A stretch of 64,000 nucleotides of DNA, from NCBI RefSeq assembly GCF_009914755.1, contig NC_060927.1; one strand, given 5' to 3'. This document shows positions 1-12,741 of the stretch, one piece after another; within the stretch, counting starts at the first letter, position 1; each line of letters begins with the position of its first letter. The position numbers and the translations under genes were made by a program. The notes beneath the pieces were generated by a model that was not told the DNA's origin, ran no database searches, and was given only the letters and a program-made list of their open reading frames with translations. This DNA comes from the human T2T-CHM13v2.0 reference genome, Homo sapiens.

Positions 1-177
1 TGAGGCCTACAGTAGGAAAGGAAATATCTTCACCTAAAAACTAGACAGAAGTATTGTCAGAAACTTATTTGTGATATTTGCATTCAACGCACGGAGTTGA
101 ACATTCCTCTTGATGGAGCCGTTTTGAAGCACTCTTTTTGTGGAATCTGCAAGTGGATATTTGGACCTCTTTGTGGC

Positions 178-194
178 CTTCGTGGGAAACGTGA
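178..194 (+). promoter_or_regulatory. Degenerate CENP-B box in m2 (CTTCGTGGGAAACGTGA), repeated in every HOR; predicted non-binding
   Basis: Against the essential pattern nTTCGnnnnAnnCGGGn, CGGG is replaced by CGTG. Confidence 0.85.
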
Positions 195-346
195 TTTCTT
201 CATTTACAACTAGACAGAAGAATTCTCAGAAACTTCTTTGTGATGTGTACTTTCAACTCACAGATTTGAAGCTTCCTTTCAATAGAGCACTTTTGAAACT
301 CAGTTTCTGTAGAATTTCCAGGTGGATATTTAGCGCCGTTTGAGGC

Positions 347-363
347 CTATGGTGGAAAAGGCA
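347..363 (+). promoter_or_regulatory. A-type (pJalpha-like) box in m3 (CTATGGTGGAAAAGGCA); related boxes in m1, m5, m6, m8, m10
   Basis: It occupies the position homologous to the CENP-B box and resembles the A-monomer motif CTAYGGTGRAAAAGGAA, with full matches at 18185, 30077 and 46215. Confidence 0.7.
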
Positions 364-517
364 ATATCTTCGTAGAAAAACTAGACAGAATGATTCTCAG
401 AAACAACTTTGTGATGTGTGCGATCAACTCACGGAGTTTAACCTTTCTTTTGATAGACCAGTTATGAAACACTCTTTTTGTAGAATCTGCAAGTAAATAT
501 TTGGACTTTTTTGAGGC

Positions 518-534
518 CTTCATTGGAAACGGGA
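518..534 (+). promoter_or_regulatory. Degenerate CENP-B box in m4 (CTTCATTGGAAACGGGA; CTTCCTTGG... beyond 50.6 kb); predicted non-binding
   Basis: One mismatch to the canonical CTTCGTTGGAAACGGGA, but it falls at the essential G of TTCG. Confidence 0.88.
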
Positions 535-1026
535 TCTCTTCATATAAACCTTGACAGAAGAATTCCCAGAAACTTCTCTGTGATGTGTGCATTTAACTCT
601 CAGAGTTCAACCTTCCTTTTGATAGAAGAGGGTTGAAATATTCTTTTTGTAGAATTTCCAAGTGAATACTTAGAGCGGTTTCAGGCCTAAGTAGAAGAGA
701 AAATATCTTCACAGAAAAACTAGACATAATTGTTTTCTGAAGCTACTTTGTGATGTGCGCATTCAGCTTACAGAGTTTAACCTTTCTTTGGATCGAGCGG
801 TTTTAAACACTCTTTTTGTGGAATTTGCAATTCTATATTTAGAGTGCTTTCAGGCCTGTGGTACAAAAGGGAATGTCCTCACATAAAATCTAGACGGAAG
901 CATTGTCGGAAACTACTTTGTGATACCTGCCTTCAACTCTCAGAGTTGAATGTTCCTCTTGATGGAGCAGTTTTGAAAAACTCTTTTTGTTGAATCTCCA
1001 AGTGGATATTTGGACCTCTTTGTGGC

Positions 1027-1043
1027 CTTCGTTTGAGACGTGA
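1027..1043 (+). promoter_or_regulatory. Degenerate CENP-B box in m7 (CTTCGTTTGAGACGTGA); predicted non-binding
   Basis: TTCG is retained and CGGG is replaced by CGTG (CGCG in the copies at ~51154, 52852 and 54550). Confidence 0.85.
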
Positions 1044-1366
1044 CTTCTTCATACAAAAGTAGACAGAAGAATTCTCATCAACTTCTTCGTGATGTGTGCT
1101 TTCAACTCGCAGCGTTGAAGCTTCCTTTCGATAGAGCAGTTCTGTAACTCTCTTTTTGTAGAATTTCCAAGTGGATATTTAGCGCCGTTTGAGGCCAATG
1201 GTGGAAAAGGCAATATCTTCATAGAAAAACTAGACAGAATGATTCTCAGAAACTACTTTGTGATGTGTGCCTTCAACTCACAGAGTTTAACCTTTCTTTT
1301 GATAGAGCAGTTTTGAAAAACTCTTTTTGTAGAATCTGCAAGTGTATATTGGGACTTTTCTGAGGC

Positions 1367-1383
1367 CATCTTTGGAAACGGGA
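1367..1383 (+). promoter_or_regulatory. Degenerate CENP-B box in m9 (CATCTTTGGAAACGGGA); predicted non-binding
   Basis: CGGG is retained and TTCG is replaced by ATCT. Confidence 0.85.
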
Positions 1384-4300
1384 TTTCTTCATATAAAACT
1401 TGAAAGAAGAATCCTCAGAAAATTATTTGTGATATGTGCATTTAACTCATGGAGTTGAAACTTCCTTTCGATAGAAGAGTTTTGAAATACTCTTTTTGTA
1501 GAATTCCCAAGTGGATTTTTACAGCGGTTTGAGGTCTATGGCAGCAAAAGAAATATCTTCACAGAAAAACTAGGCAGATTCATTCTCCGAAGCTGTTTTG
1601 TGATGCTTGCATTCAGCTGACAGAGTTTAAACTTCCTTTGATAGAGCAGTTTGGAAACACTCTTTTTGTTGGATTTGCAAGTGTATATTTAGAGCGTTTT
1701 GAGGCCTACAGTAGGAAAGGAAATATCTTCACCTAAAAACTAGACAGAAGTATTGTCAGAAACTTATTTGTGATATTTGCATTCAACGCACGGAGTTGAA
1801 CATTCCTCTTGATGGAGCCGTTTTGAAGCACTCTTTTTGTGGAATCTGCAAGTGGATATTTGGACCTCTTTGTGGCCTTCGTGTGAAACGTGATTTCTTC
1901 ATTTACAACTAGACAGAAGAATTCTCAGAAACTTCTTGTGATGTGTACTTTCAACTCACAGAGTTGAAGCTTCCTTTCAATAGAGCACTTTTGAAACTCA
2001 GTTTCTGTAGAATTTCCAGGTGGATATTTAGCGCCGTTTGAGGCCTATGGTGGAAAAGGCAATATCTTCGTAGAAAAACTAGACAGAATGATTCTCAGAA
2101 ACAACTTTGTGATGTGTGCGTTCAACTCACGGAGTTTAACCTTTCTTTTGATAGACCAGTTATGAAACACTCTTTTTGTAGAATCTGCAAGTAAATATTT
2201 GGACTTTTTTGAGGCCTTCATTGGAAACGGGATCTCTTCATACAAACCTTGACAGAAGAATTCCCAGAAACTTCTCTGTGATGTGTGCATTTAACTCTCA
2301 GAGTTCAACCTTCCTTTTGATAGAAGAGGGTTGAAATTTTCTTTTTGTAGAATTTCCACGTGAATATTTAGAGCGGTTTCAGGCCCAAGTAGAAGAGAAA
2401 ATATCTTCACAGAAAAACTAGACATAATTGTTCTCTGAAGCTACTTTGTGATGTGCGCATTCAGCTTACAGAGTTTAACCTTTCTTTGGATCGAGCGGTT
2501 TTAAACACTCTTTTTGTGGAATTTGCAATTCTATATTTAGAGTGCTTTCAGGCCTGTGGTACAAAAGGGAATGTCCTCACTTAAAATCTAGACAGAAGCA
2601 TTGTCGGAAACTACTTTGTGATACCTGCCTTCAACTCTCAGAGTTGAATGTTCCTCTTGATGGAGCAGTTTTGAAAAACTCTTTTTGTTGAATCTCCAAG
2701 TGGATATTTGGACCTCTTTGTGGCCTTCGTTTGAGACGTGACTTCTTCATACAAAAGTAGACAGAAGAATTCTCATCAACTTCTTCGTGATGTGTGCTTT
2801 CAACTCGCAGCGTTGAAGCTTCCTTTCGATAGAGCAGTTCTGTAACTCTGTTTTTGTAGAATTTCCAAGTGGATATTTAGCGCCGTTTGAGGCCAATGGT
2901 GGAAAAGGCAATATCTTCATAGAAAAACTAGACAGAATGATTCTCAGAAACTACTTTGTGATGTGTGCCTTCAACTCACAGAGTTTAACTTTCTTTTGAT
3001 AGAGCAGTTTTGAAAAACTCTTTTTGTAGAATCTGCAAGTGTATATTGGGACTTTTCAGAGGCCATTTTTGTAAACGGGATTTCTTCATATAAAACTTGA
3101 AAGAAGAATCCTCAGATAATTATTTGTGATATGTGCATTTAACTCATGGAGTTGAAACTTCCTTTCGATAGAAGAGTTTTGAAATACTCTTTTTGTAGAA
3201 TTCCCAAGTGGATTTTTACAGCGGTTTGAGGTCTATGGCAGCAAAAGAAATATCTTCACAGAAAAACTAGGCAGATTCATTCTCCGAAGCTGTTTTGTGA
3301 TGCTTGCATTCAGCTGACAGAGTTTAAACTTCCTTTGATAGAGCAGTTTGGAAACACTCTTTTTGTGGAATTTGCAAGTGTATATTTAGAGCGCTTTGAG
3401 GCCTACAGTAGGAAAGGAAATATCTTCACCTAAAAACTAGACAGAAGTATTGTCAGAAACTTATTTGTGATATTTGCATTCAACACACGGAGTTGAACAT
3501 TCCTCTTGATGGAGCCGTTTTGAAGCACTCTTTTTGTGGAATCTGCAAGTGGATATTTGGACCTCTTTGTTGCCTTCGTGTGAAACGTGATTTCTTCATT
3601 TACAACTAGACAGAAGAATTCTCAGAAACTTCTTTGTGATGTGTACTTTCAACTTACAGAGTTGAAGCTTCCTTTCAATAGAGCACTTTTGAAACTCAGT
3701 TTCTGTAGAATTTCCAGGTGGATATTTAGCGCCGTTTGAGGCCTATGGTGGAAAAGGCAATATCTTCGTAGAAAAACTAGACAGAATGATTCTCAGAAAC
3801 AACTTTGTGATGTGTGCGATCAACTCACGGAGTTTAACCTTTCTTTTGATAGACCAGTTATGAAACACTCTTTTTGTAGAATCTGCAAGTAAATATTTGG
3901 ACTTTTTTGAGGCCTTCATTGGAAACGGGATCTCTTCATATAAACCTTGACAGAAGAATTCCCAGAAACTTCTCTGTGATGTGTGCATTTAACTCTCAGA
4001 GTTCAACCTTCCTTTTGATAGAAGAGGGTTGAAATATTCTTTTTGTAGAATTTCCAAGTGAATACTTAGAGCGGTTTCAGGCCTAAGTAGAAGAGAAAAT
4101 ATCTTCACAGAAAAACTAGACATAATTGTTTTCTGAAGCTACTTTGTGATGTGCGCATTCAGCTTACAGAGTTTAACCTTTCTTTGGATCGAGCGGTTTT
4201 AAACACTCTTTTTGTGGAATTTGCAATTCTATATTTAGAGTGCTTTCAGGCCTGTGGTACAAAAGGGAATGTCCTCACATAAAATCTAGACGGAAGCATT

Positions 4301-7300
4301 GTCGGAAACTACTTTGTGATACCTGCCTTCAACTCTCAGAGTTGAATGTTCCTCTTGATGGAGCAGTTTTGAAAAACTCTTTTTGTTGAATCTCCAAGTG
4401 GATATTTGGACCTCTTTGTGGCCTTCGTTTGAGACGTGACTTCTTCATACAAAAGTAGACAGAAGAATTCTCATCAACTTCTTCGTGATGTGTGCTTTCA
4501 ACTCGCAGCGTTGAAGCTTCCTTTCGATAGAGCAGTTCTGTAACTCTCTTTTTGTAGAATTTCCAAGTGGATATTTAGCGCCGTTTGAGGCCAATGGTGG
4601 AAAAGGCAATATCTTCATAGAAAAACTAGACAGAATGATTCTCAGAAACTACTTTGTGATGTGTGCCTTCAACTCACAGAGTTTAACCTTTCTTTTGATA
4701 GAGCAGTTTTGAAAAACTCTTTTTGTAGAATCTGCAAGTGTATATTGGGACTTTTCTGAGGCCATCTTTGGAAACGGGATTTCTTCATATAAAACTTGAA
4801 AGAAGAATCCTCAAAAAATTATTTGTGATATGTGCATTGAACTCATGGAGTTGAAACTTCCTTTCGATAGAAGAGTTTTGAAATACTCTTTTTGTAGAAT
4901 TCCCAAGTGGATTTTTACAGCGGTTTGAGGTCTATGGCAGCAAAAGAAATATCTTCACAGAAAAACTAGGCAGATTCATTCTCCGAAGCTGTTTTGTGAT
5001 GCTTGCATTCAGCTGACAGAGTTTAAACTTCCTTTGATAGAGCAGTTTGGAAACACTCTTTTTGTGGAATTTGCAAGTGTATATTTAGAGCGTTTTGAGG
5101 CCTACAGTAGGAAAGGAAATATCTTCACCTAAAAACTAGACAGAAGTATTGTCAGAAACTTATTTGTGATATTTGCATTCAACGCACGGAGTTGAACATT
5201 CCTCTTGATGGAGCCGTTTTGAAGCACTCTTTTTGTGTAATCTGCAAGTGGATATTTGGACCTCTTTGTGGCCTTCGTGTGAAACGTGATTTCTTCATTT
5301 ACAACTAGACAGAAGAATTCTCAGAAACTTCTTTGTGATGTGTACTTTCAACTCACAGAGTTGAAGCTTCCTTTCAATAGAGCACTTTTGAAACTCAGTT
5401 TCTGTAGAATTTCCAGGTGGATATTTAGCGCCGTTTGAGGCCTATGGTGGAAAAGGCAATATCTTCGTAGAAAAACTAGACAGAATGATTCTCAGAAACA
5501 ACTTTGTGATGTGTGCGTTCAACTCACGGAGTTTAACCTTTCTTTTGATAGACCAGTTATGAAACACACTTTTTGTAGAATCTGCAAGTAAATATTTGGA
5601 CTTTTTTGAGGCCTTCATTGGAAACGGGATCTCCTCATATAAACCTTGACAGAAGAATTCCCAGAAACTTCTCTGTGATGTGTGCATTTAACTCTCAGAG
5701 TTCAACCTTCCTTTTGATAGAAGAGGGTTGAAATTTTCTTTTTGTAGAATTTCCAAGTGAATATTAAGAACGGTTTCAGGCCTAAGTAGAAGAGAAAATT
5801 TCTTCACAGAAAAACTAGATATAATTGTTCTCTGAAGCTACTTTGTGATGTGCGCATTCATCTTACAGAGTTTAACCTTTCTTTGGATCGAGCGGTTTTA
5901 AACACTCTTTTTGTGGAATTTGCAATTCTATATTTAGAGTGCTTTCAGGCCTGTGGTACAAAAGGGAATGTCCTCACATAAAATCTAGACAGAAGCATTG
6001 TCGGAAACTACTTTGTGATACCTGCCTTCAACTCTCAGAGTTGAATGGTCCTCTTGATGGAGCAGTTTTGAAAAACTCTTTTTGTTGAATCTCCAAGTGG
6101 ATATTTGGACCTCTTTGGGGCCTTCGTTTGAGACGTGACTTCTTCATACAAAAGTAGACAGAAGAATTCTCATCAACTTCTTCGTGATGTGTGCTTTCAA
6201 CTCGCAGCGTTGAAGCTTCCTTTCGATAGAGCAGTTCAGTAACTCTCTTTTTGTAGAATTTCCGAGTGGATATTTAGCGCCGTTTGAGGCCAATGGTGGA
6301 AAAGACAATATCTTCATAGAAAAACTAGACAGAATGATTCTCAGAAACTACTTTGCGATGTGTGCCTTCAACTCACAGAGTTTAACCTTTCTTTTGATAG
6401 AGCAGTTTTGAAAAACTCTTTTTGTAGAATCTGCAAGTGTATATTGGGACTTTTCTGAGGCCATCTTTGGAAACGGGATTTCTTCATATAAAACTTGAAA
6501 GAAGAATCCTCAGAAAATTATTTGTGATATGTGCATTTAACTCATGGAGTTGAAACTTCCTTTCGATAGAAGAGTTTTGAAATACTCTTTTTGTAGAATT
6601 TCCAAGTGGATTTTTACAGCGGTTTGAGGTCTATGGCAGCAAAAGAAATATCTTCACAGAAAAACTAGGCAGATTCATTCTCCGAAGCTGTTTTGTGATG
6701 CTTGCATTCAGCTGACAGAGTTTAAACTTCCTTTGAGAGAGCAGTTTGGAAACACTCTTTTTGTGGAATTTGCAAGTGTATATTTAGAGCGTTTTGAGGC
6801 CTACAGTAGGAAAGGAAATATCTTCACCTAAAAACTAGACAGAAGTATTGTCAGAAACTTATTTGTGATATTTGCATTCAACGCACGGAGTTGAACATTC
6901 CTCTTGATGGAGCCGTTTTGAAGCACTCTTTTTGTGGAATCTGCAAGTGGATATTTGGACCTCTTTGTTGCCTTCGTGTGAAACGTGATTTCTTCATTTA
7001 CAACTAGACAGAAGAATTCTCAGAAACTTCTTTGTGATGTGTACTTTCAACTTACAGAGTTGAAGCTTCCTTTCAATAGAGCACTTTTGAAACTCAGTTT
7101 CTGTAGAATTTCCAGGTGGATATTTAGCTCCGTTTGAGGCCTATGGTGGAAAAGGCAATATCTTCGTAGAAAAACTAGACAGAATGATTCTCAGAAACAA
7201 CTTTGTGATGTGTGCGTTCAACTCACGGAGTTTAACCTTTCTTTTGATAGACCAGTTATGAAACACTCTTTTTGTAGAATCTGCAAGTAAATATTTGGAC

Positions 7301-10300
7301 TTTTTTGAGGCCTTCATTGGAAACGGGATCTCTTCATATAAACCTTGACAGAAGAATTCCGAGAAACTTCTCTGTGATGTGTGCATTTAACTCTCAGAGT
7401 TCAACCATCATTTTGATAGAAGAGGGTTGAAATTTTCTTTTTGTAGAATTTCCAAGTGAATATTTAGAGCGGTTTCAGGCCTAAGTAGAAGAGAAAATAT
7501 CGTCACAGAAAAACTAGACATAATAGTTCTCTGAAGCTACTTTGTGATGTGCGCATTCAGCTTACAGAGTTTAACCTTTCTTTGGATCGAGCGGTTTTAA
7601 ACACTCTTTTTGTGTAATTTGCAATTCTATATTTAGAGTGCTTTCAGGCCTGTGGTACAAAAGGGAATGTCCTCACTTAAAATCTAGACAGAAGCATTGT
7701 CGGAAACTACTTTGTGATACCTGCCTTCAACTCTCAGAGTTGAATGTTCCTCTTGATGGAGCAGTTTTGAAAAACTCTTTTTGTTGAATCTCCAAGTGGA
7801 TATTTGGCCCTCTTTGTGGCCTTCATTTGAAACGTGACTTCTTCATACAAAAGTAGACAGAAGAATTCTCATCAACTTCTTCGTGATGTGTGCTTTCAAC
7901 TCGCAGCGTTGAAGCTTCCTTTCGATAGAGCAGTTCTGTAACTCTCTTTTTGTAGAATTTCCAAGTGGATATTTAGCGCCGTTTGAGGCCAATGGTGGAA
8001 AAGGCAATATCTTCATAGAAAAACTAGACAGAATGATTCTCAGAAACTACTTTGTGATGTGTGACTTCAACTCACAGAGTTTAACCTTTCTTTTGATAGA
8101 GCAGTTTTGAAAAACTCTTTTTGTAGAATCTGCAAGTGTATATTGGGACTTTTCTGAGGCCATCTTTGGAAATGGGATTTCTTCAGATAAAACTTGAAAG
8201 AAGAATCCTCAGAAAATTATTTGTGATATGTGCATTTAACTCATGGAGTTGAAACTTCCTTTCGATAGAAGAGTTTTGAAATACTCTTTTTGTAGAATTC
8301 CCAAGTGGATTTTTACAGCGGTTTGAGGTCTATGGCAGCAAAAGAAATATCTTCACAGAAAAACTAGGCAGATTCATTCTCCGAAGCTGTTTTGTGATGC
8401 TTGCATTCAGCTGACCGAGTTTAAACTTCCTTTGATAGAGCAGTTTTGAATCACTCTTTTTGTGGAATTTGCAAGTGTATATTTAGAGCGTTTTGAGGCC
8501 TACAGTAGGAAAGGAAATATCTTCACCTAAAAACTAGACAGAAGTATTGTCAGAAACTTATTTGTGATATTTGCATTCAACGCACGGAGTTGAACATTCC
8601 TCTTGATGGAGCCGTTTTGAAGCACTCTTTTTGTGTAATCTGCAAGTGGATATTTGGACCTCTTTGTGGCCTTCGTGGGAAACGTGATTTCTTCATTTAC
8701 AACTAGACAGAAGAATTCTCAGAAACTTCTTTGTGATGTGTACTTTCAACTCACAGAGTTGAAGCTTCCTTTCAATAGAGCACTTTTGAAACTCAGTTTC
8801 TGTAGAATTTCCAGGTGGATATTTAGCGCCGTTTGAGGCCTATGGTGGAAAAGGCAATATCTTCGTAGAAAAACTAGACAGAATGATTCTCAGAAACAAC
8901 TTTGTGATGTGTGCGTTCAACTCACGGAGTTTAACCTTTCTTTTGATAGACCAGTTATGAAACACTCTTTTTGTAGAATCTGCAAGTAAATATTTGGACT
9001 TTTTTGAGGCCTTCATTGGAAACGGGATCTCTTCATACAAACCTTGACAGAAGAATTCCCAGAAACTTCTCTGTGATGTGTGCATTTAACTCTCAGAGTT
9101 CAACCTTCCTTTTGATAGAAGAGGGTTGAAATTTTCTTTTTGTAGAATTTCCAAGTGAATATTTAGAGCGCTTTCAGGCCTAAGTAGAAGAGAAAGTATC
9201 TTCACAGAAAAACTAGACATAATTGTTCTCTGAAGCTACTTTGTGATGTGCGCATTCAGCTTACAGAGTTTAACCTTTCTTTGGATCGAGCGGTTTTAAA
9301 CACTCTTTTTGTGGAATTTGCAATTCTATATTTAGAGTGCTTTCAGGCCTGTGGTACAAAAGGGAATGTCCTCACATAAAATCTAGACAGAAGCATTGTC
9401 GGAAACTACTTTGTGATACCTGCCTTCAACTCTCAGAGTTGAATGTTCCTCTTGATGGAGCAGTTTTGAAAAACTCTTTTTGTTGAATCTCCAAGTGGAT
9501 ATTTGGACCTCTTTGGGGTCTTCGTTTGAGACGTGACTTCTTCATACAAAAGTAGACAGAAGAATTCTCATAAACTTCTTCGTGATGTGTGCTTTCAACT
9601 CGCAGCGTTGAAGCTTCCTTTCGATAGAGCAGTTCTGTAACTCTCTTTTTGTAGAATTTCCAAGTGGATATTTAGCGCCGTTTGATGCCAATGGTGGAAA
9701 AGGCAATATCTTCATAGAAAAACTAGACAGAATGATTCTCAGAAACTACTTTGTGATGTGTGCCTTCAACTCACAGAGTTTAACCTTTCTTTTGATAGAG
9801 CAGTTTTGAAAAACTCTTTTTGTAGAATCTGCAAGTGTATATTGGGACTTTTCTGAGGCCATCTTTGGAAACGGGATTTCTTCAGATAAAACTTGAAAGA
9901 AGAATCCTCAGAAAATTATTTGTGATATGTGCATTTAACTCATGGAGTTGAAACTTCCTTTCGATAGAAGAGTTTTGAAATACTCTTTTTGTAGAATTCC
10001 CAAGTGGATTTTTACAGCGGTTTGAGGTCTATGGCAGCAAAAGAAATATCTTCACAGAAAAACTAGGCAGATTCATTCTCCGAAGCTGTTTTGTGATGCT
10101 TGCATTCAGCTGACAGAGTTTAAACTTCCTTTGATAGAGCAGTTTGGAAACACTCTTTTTGTGGAATTTGCAAGTGTATATTTAGAGCGCTTTGAGGCCT
10201 ACAGTAGGAAAGGAAATATCTTCACCTAAAAACTAGACAGAAGTATTGTCAGAAACTTATTTGTGATATTTGCATTCAACACACGGAGTTGAACATTCCT

Positions 10301-11891
10301 CTTGATGGAGCCGTTTTGAAGCACTCTTTTTGTGGAATCTGCAAGTGGATATTTGGACCTCTTTGTGGCCTTCATGTGAAACGTGATTTCTTCATTTACA
10401 ATTAGACAGAAGAATTCTCAGAAACTTCTTTGTGATGTGTACTTTCAACTCACAGAGTTGAAGCTTCCTTTCAATAGAGCACTTTTGAAACTCAGTTTCT
10501 GTAGAATTTCCAGGTGGATATTTAGCGCCGTTTGAGGCCTATGGTGGAAAAGGCAATATCTTCGTAGAAAAACTAGACAGAATGATTCTCAGAAACAACT
10601 TTGTGATGTGTGCGTTCAACTCACGGAGTTTAACCTTTCTTTTGATAGACCAGTTATGAAACACTCTTTTTGTAGAATCTGCAAGTAAATATTTGGACTT
10701 TTTTGAGGCCTTCACTGGAAACGGGATCTCTTCATATAAACCTTGACAGAAGAATTCCCAGAAACTTCTCTGTGATGTGTGCATTTAACTCTGAGAGTTC
10801 AACCTTCCTTTTGATAGAAGAGGGTTGAAATTTTCTTTTTGTAGAATTTCCAAGTGAATATTTAGAGCGGTTTCAGGCCTAAGTAGAAGAGAAAATATCT
10901 TCACAGAAAAACTAGACATAATTGTTCTCTGAAGCTACTTTGTGATGTGCGCATTCAGCTTACAGAGTTTAACCTTTCTTTGGATAGAGCGGTTTTAAAC
11001 ACTCTTTTTGTGGAATTTGCAATTCTATATTTAGAGTGCTTTCAGGCCTGTGGTACAAAAGGGAATGTCCTCACATAAAATCTAGACAGAAGCATTGTCG
11101 GAAACTACTTTGTGATACCTGCCTTCAACCCTCAGAGTTGAATATTCCTCTTGATGGAGCAGTTTTGAAAAACTCTTTTTGTTGAATCTCCAAGTGGATA
11201 TTTGGACCTCTTTGTGGCCTTCGTTTGAGACGTGACTTCTTCATACAAAAGTAGACAGAAGAATTCTCATCAACTTCTTCGTGATGTGTGCTTTCAACTC
11301 GCAGCGTTGAAGCTTCCTTTCGATAGAGCAGTTCTGTAACTCTCTTTTTGTAGAATTTCCAAGTGGATATTTAGCGCCGTTTGAGGCCAATGGTGGAAAA
11401 GGCAATATCTTCATAGAAAAACTAGACAGAATGATTCTCAGAAACTACTTTGTGATGTGTGCCTTCAACTCACAGAGTTTAACCTTTCTTTTGATAGAGC
11501 AGTTTTGAAAAACTCTTTTTGTAGAATCTGCAAGTGTATATTGGGACTTTTCTGACGCCATCTTTGGAAACGGGATTTCTTCATATAAAACTTGAAAGAA
11601 GAATCCTCAAAAAATTATTTGTGATATGTGCATTGAACTCATGGAGTTGAAACTTCCTTTCGATAGAAGAGTTTTGAAATACTCTTTTTGTAGAATTCCC
11701 AAGTGGATTTTTACAGCGGTTTGAGGTCTATGGCAGCAAAAGAAATATCTTCACAGAAAAACTAGGCAGATTCATTCTCCGAAGCTGTTTTGTGATGCTT
11801 GCATTCAGCTGACAGAGTTTAAACTTCCTTTGATAGAGCAGTTTTGAAACACTCTTTTTGTGGAATTTGCAAGTGTATATTTAGAGCGTTT

Positions 11892-12741
11892 TGAGGCCTA
11901 CAGTAGGAAAGGAAATATCTTCACCTAAAAACTAGACAGAAGTATTGTCAGAAACTTATTTGTGATATTTGCATTCAACGCACGGAGTTGAACATTCCTC
12001 TTGATGGAGCCGTTTTGAAGCACTCTTTTTGTGGAATCTGCAAGTGGATATTTGGACCTCTTTGTGGCCTTCGTGTGAAACGTGATTTCTTCATTTACAA
12101 CTAGCCAGAAGAATTCTCAGAAACTTCTTTGTGATGTGTACTTTCAACTCACAGAGTTGAAGCTTCCTTTCAATAGAACACTTTTGAAACTCAGTTTCTG
12201 TAGAATTTCCAGGTGGATATTTAGCGCCGTTTGAGGCCTATGGTGGAAAAGGCAATATCTTCGTAGAAAAACTAGACAGAATGATTCTCAGAAACTACTT
12301 TGTGATGTGTGCCTTCAACTCACGGAGTTTAACCTTTCTTTTGATAGAGCAGTTTTGAAAAACTCTTTTTGTAGAATCTGCAAGTGTATATTGGGACTTT
12401 TCTGAGGCCATCTTTGGAAACGGGATTTCTTCATATAAAACTTGAAAGAAGAATCCTCAGAAAATTATTTGTGATATGTGCATTTAACTCATGGAGTTGA
12501 AAGTTCCTTTCGATAGAAGAGTTTTGAAATACTCTTTCTGTAGAATTTCCAAGTGGATTTTTACAGCGGTGTGAGGTCTATGGCAGCAAAAGAAATATCT
12601 TCACAGAAAAACTGGGCAGATTCATTCTCCGAAGCTGTTTTGTGATGCTTGCATTCAGCTGACAGAGTTTAAACTTCCTTTGATAGAGCAGTTTTGAAAC
12701 ACTCTTTTTGTGGAATTTGCAAGTGTCTCTTTAGAGCGTTT
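11892..12741 (+). repeat. 5-mer structural-variant HOR (850 bp): m1-m2-(m3/m8 hybrid)-m9-m10
   Basis: Unit starts at 11892 and 12742 are 850 bp apart, and the 81-aa ORF spacing jumps 10539->13088 (2549 = 1699+850). An m2-type tail (tcagtttctgtagaatttccagg, ~12191-12213) is followed by m8-type 'gaaactactt' (12291) and an m9 box 'catctttggaaacggga' (12409). Confidence 0.96.

Larger units (their letters stand above)
1..1699 (+). repeat. Representative 10-mer HOR unit made of two related pentamers (m1-m5 at 1-849; m6-m10 at 850-1699)
   Basis: Box regions alternate A,B,A,B,A | A,B,A,B,A. m1/m6 share 'ttcctcttgatggagc', m2/m7 share 'gaagcttcctttc' (HindIII twice per HOR, ~850 bp apart), and m3/m8 share 'tggtggaaaaggcaatatcttc'. 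The unit has a single XbaI site (tctaga, ~889). Confidence 0.95.
1..12200 (+). repeat. HOR haplotype layer 1
   Basis: Alleles shared by all or most units: m4 gggatCtc, m5 cctaAgtag and ggatCgagc, m6 gaatGttcc, m7 catCaac, m8 gccAatgg, m9 attcCcaag. Confidence 0.85.
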
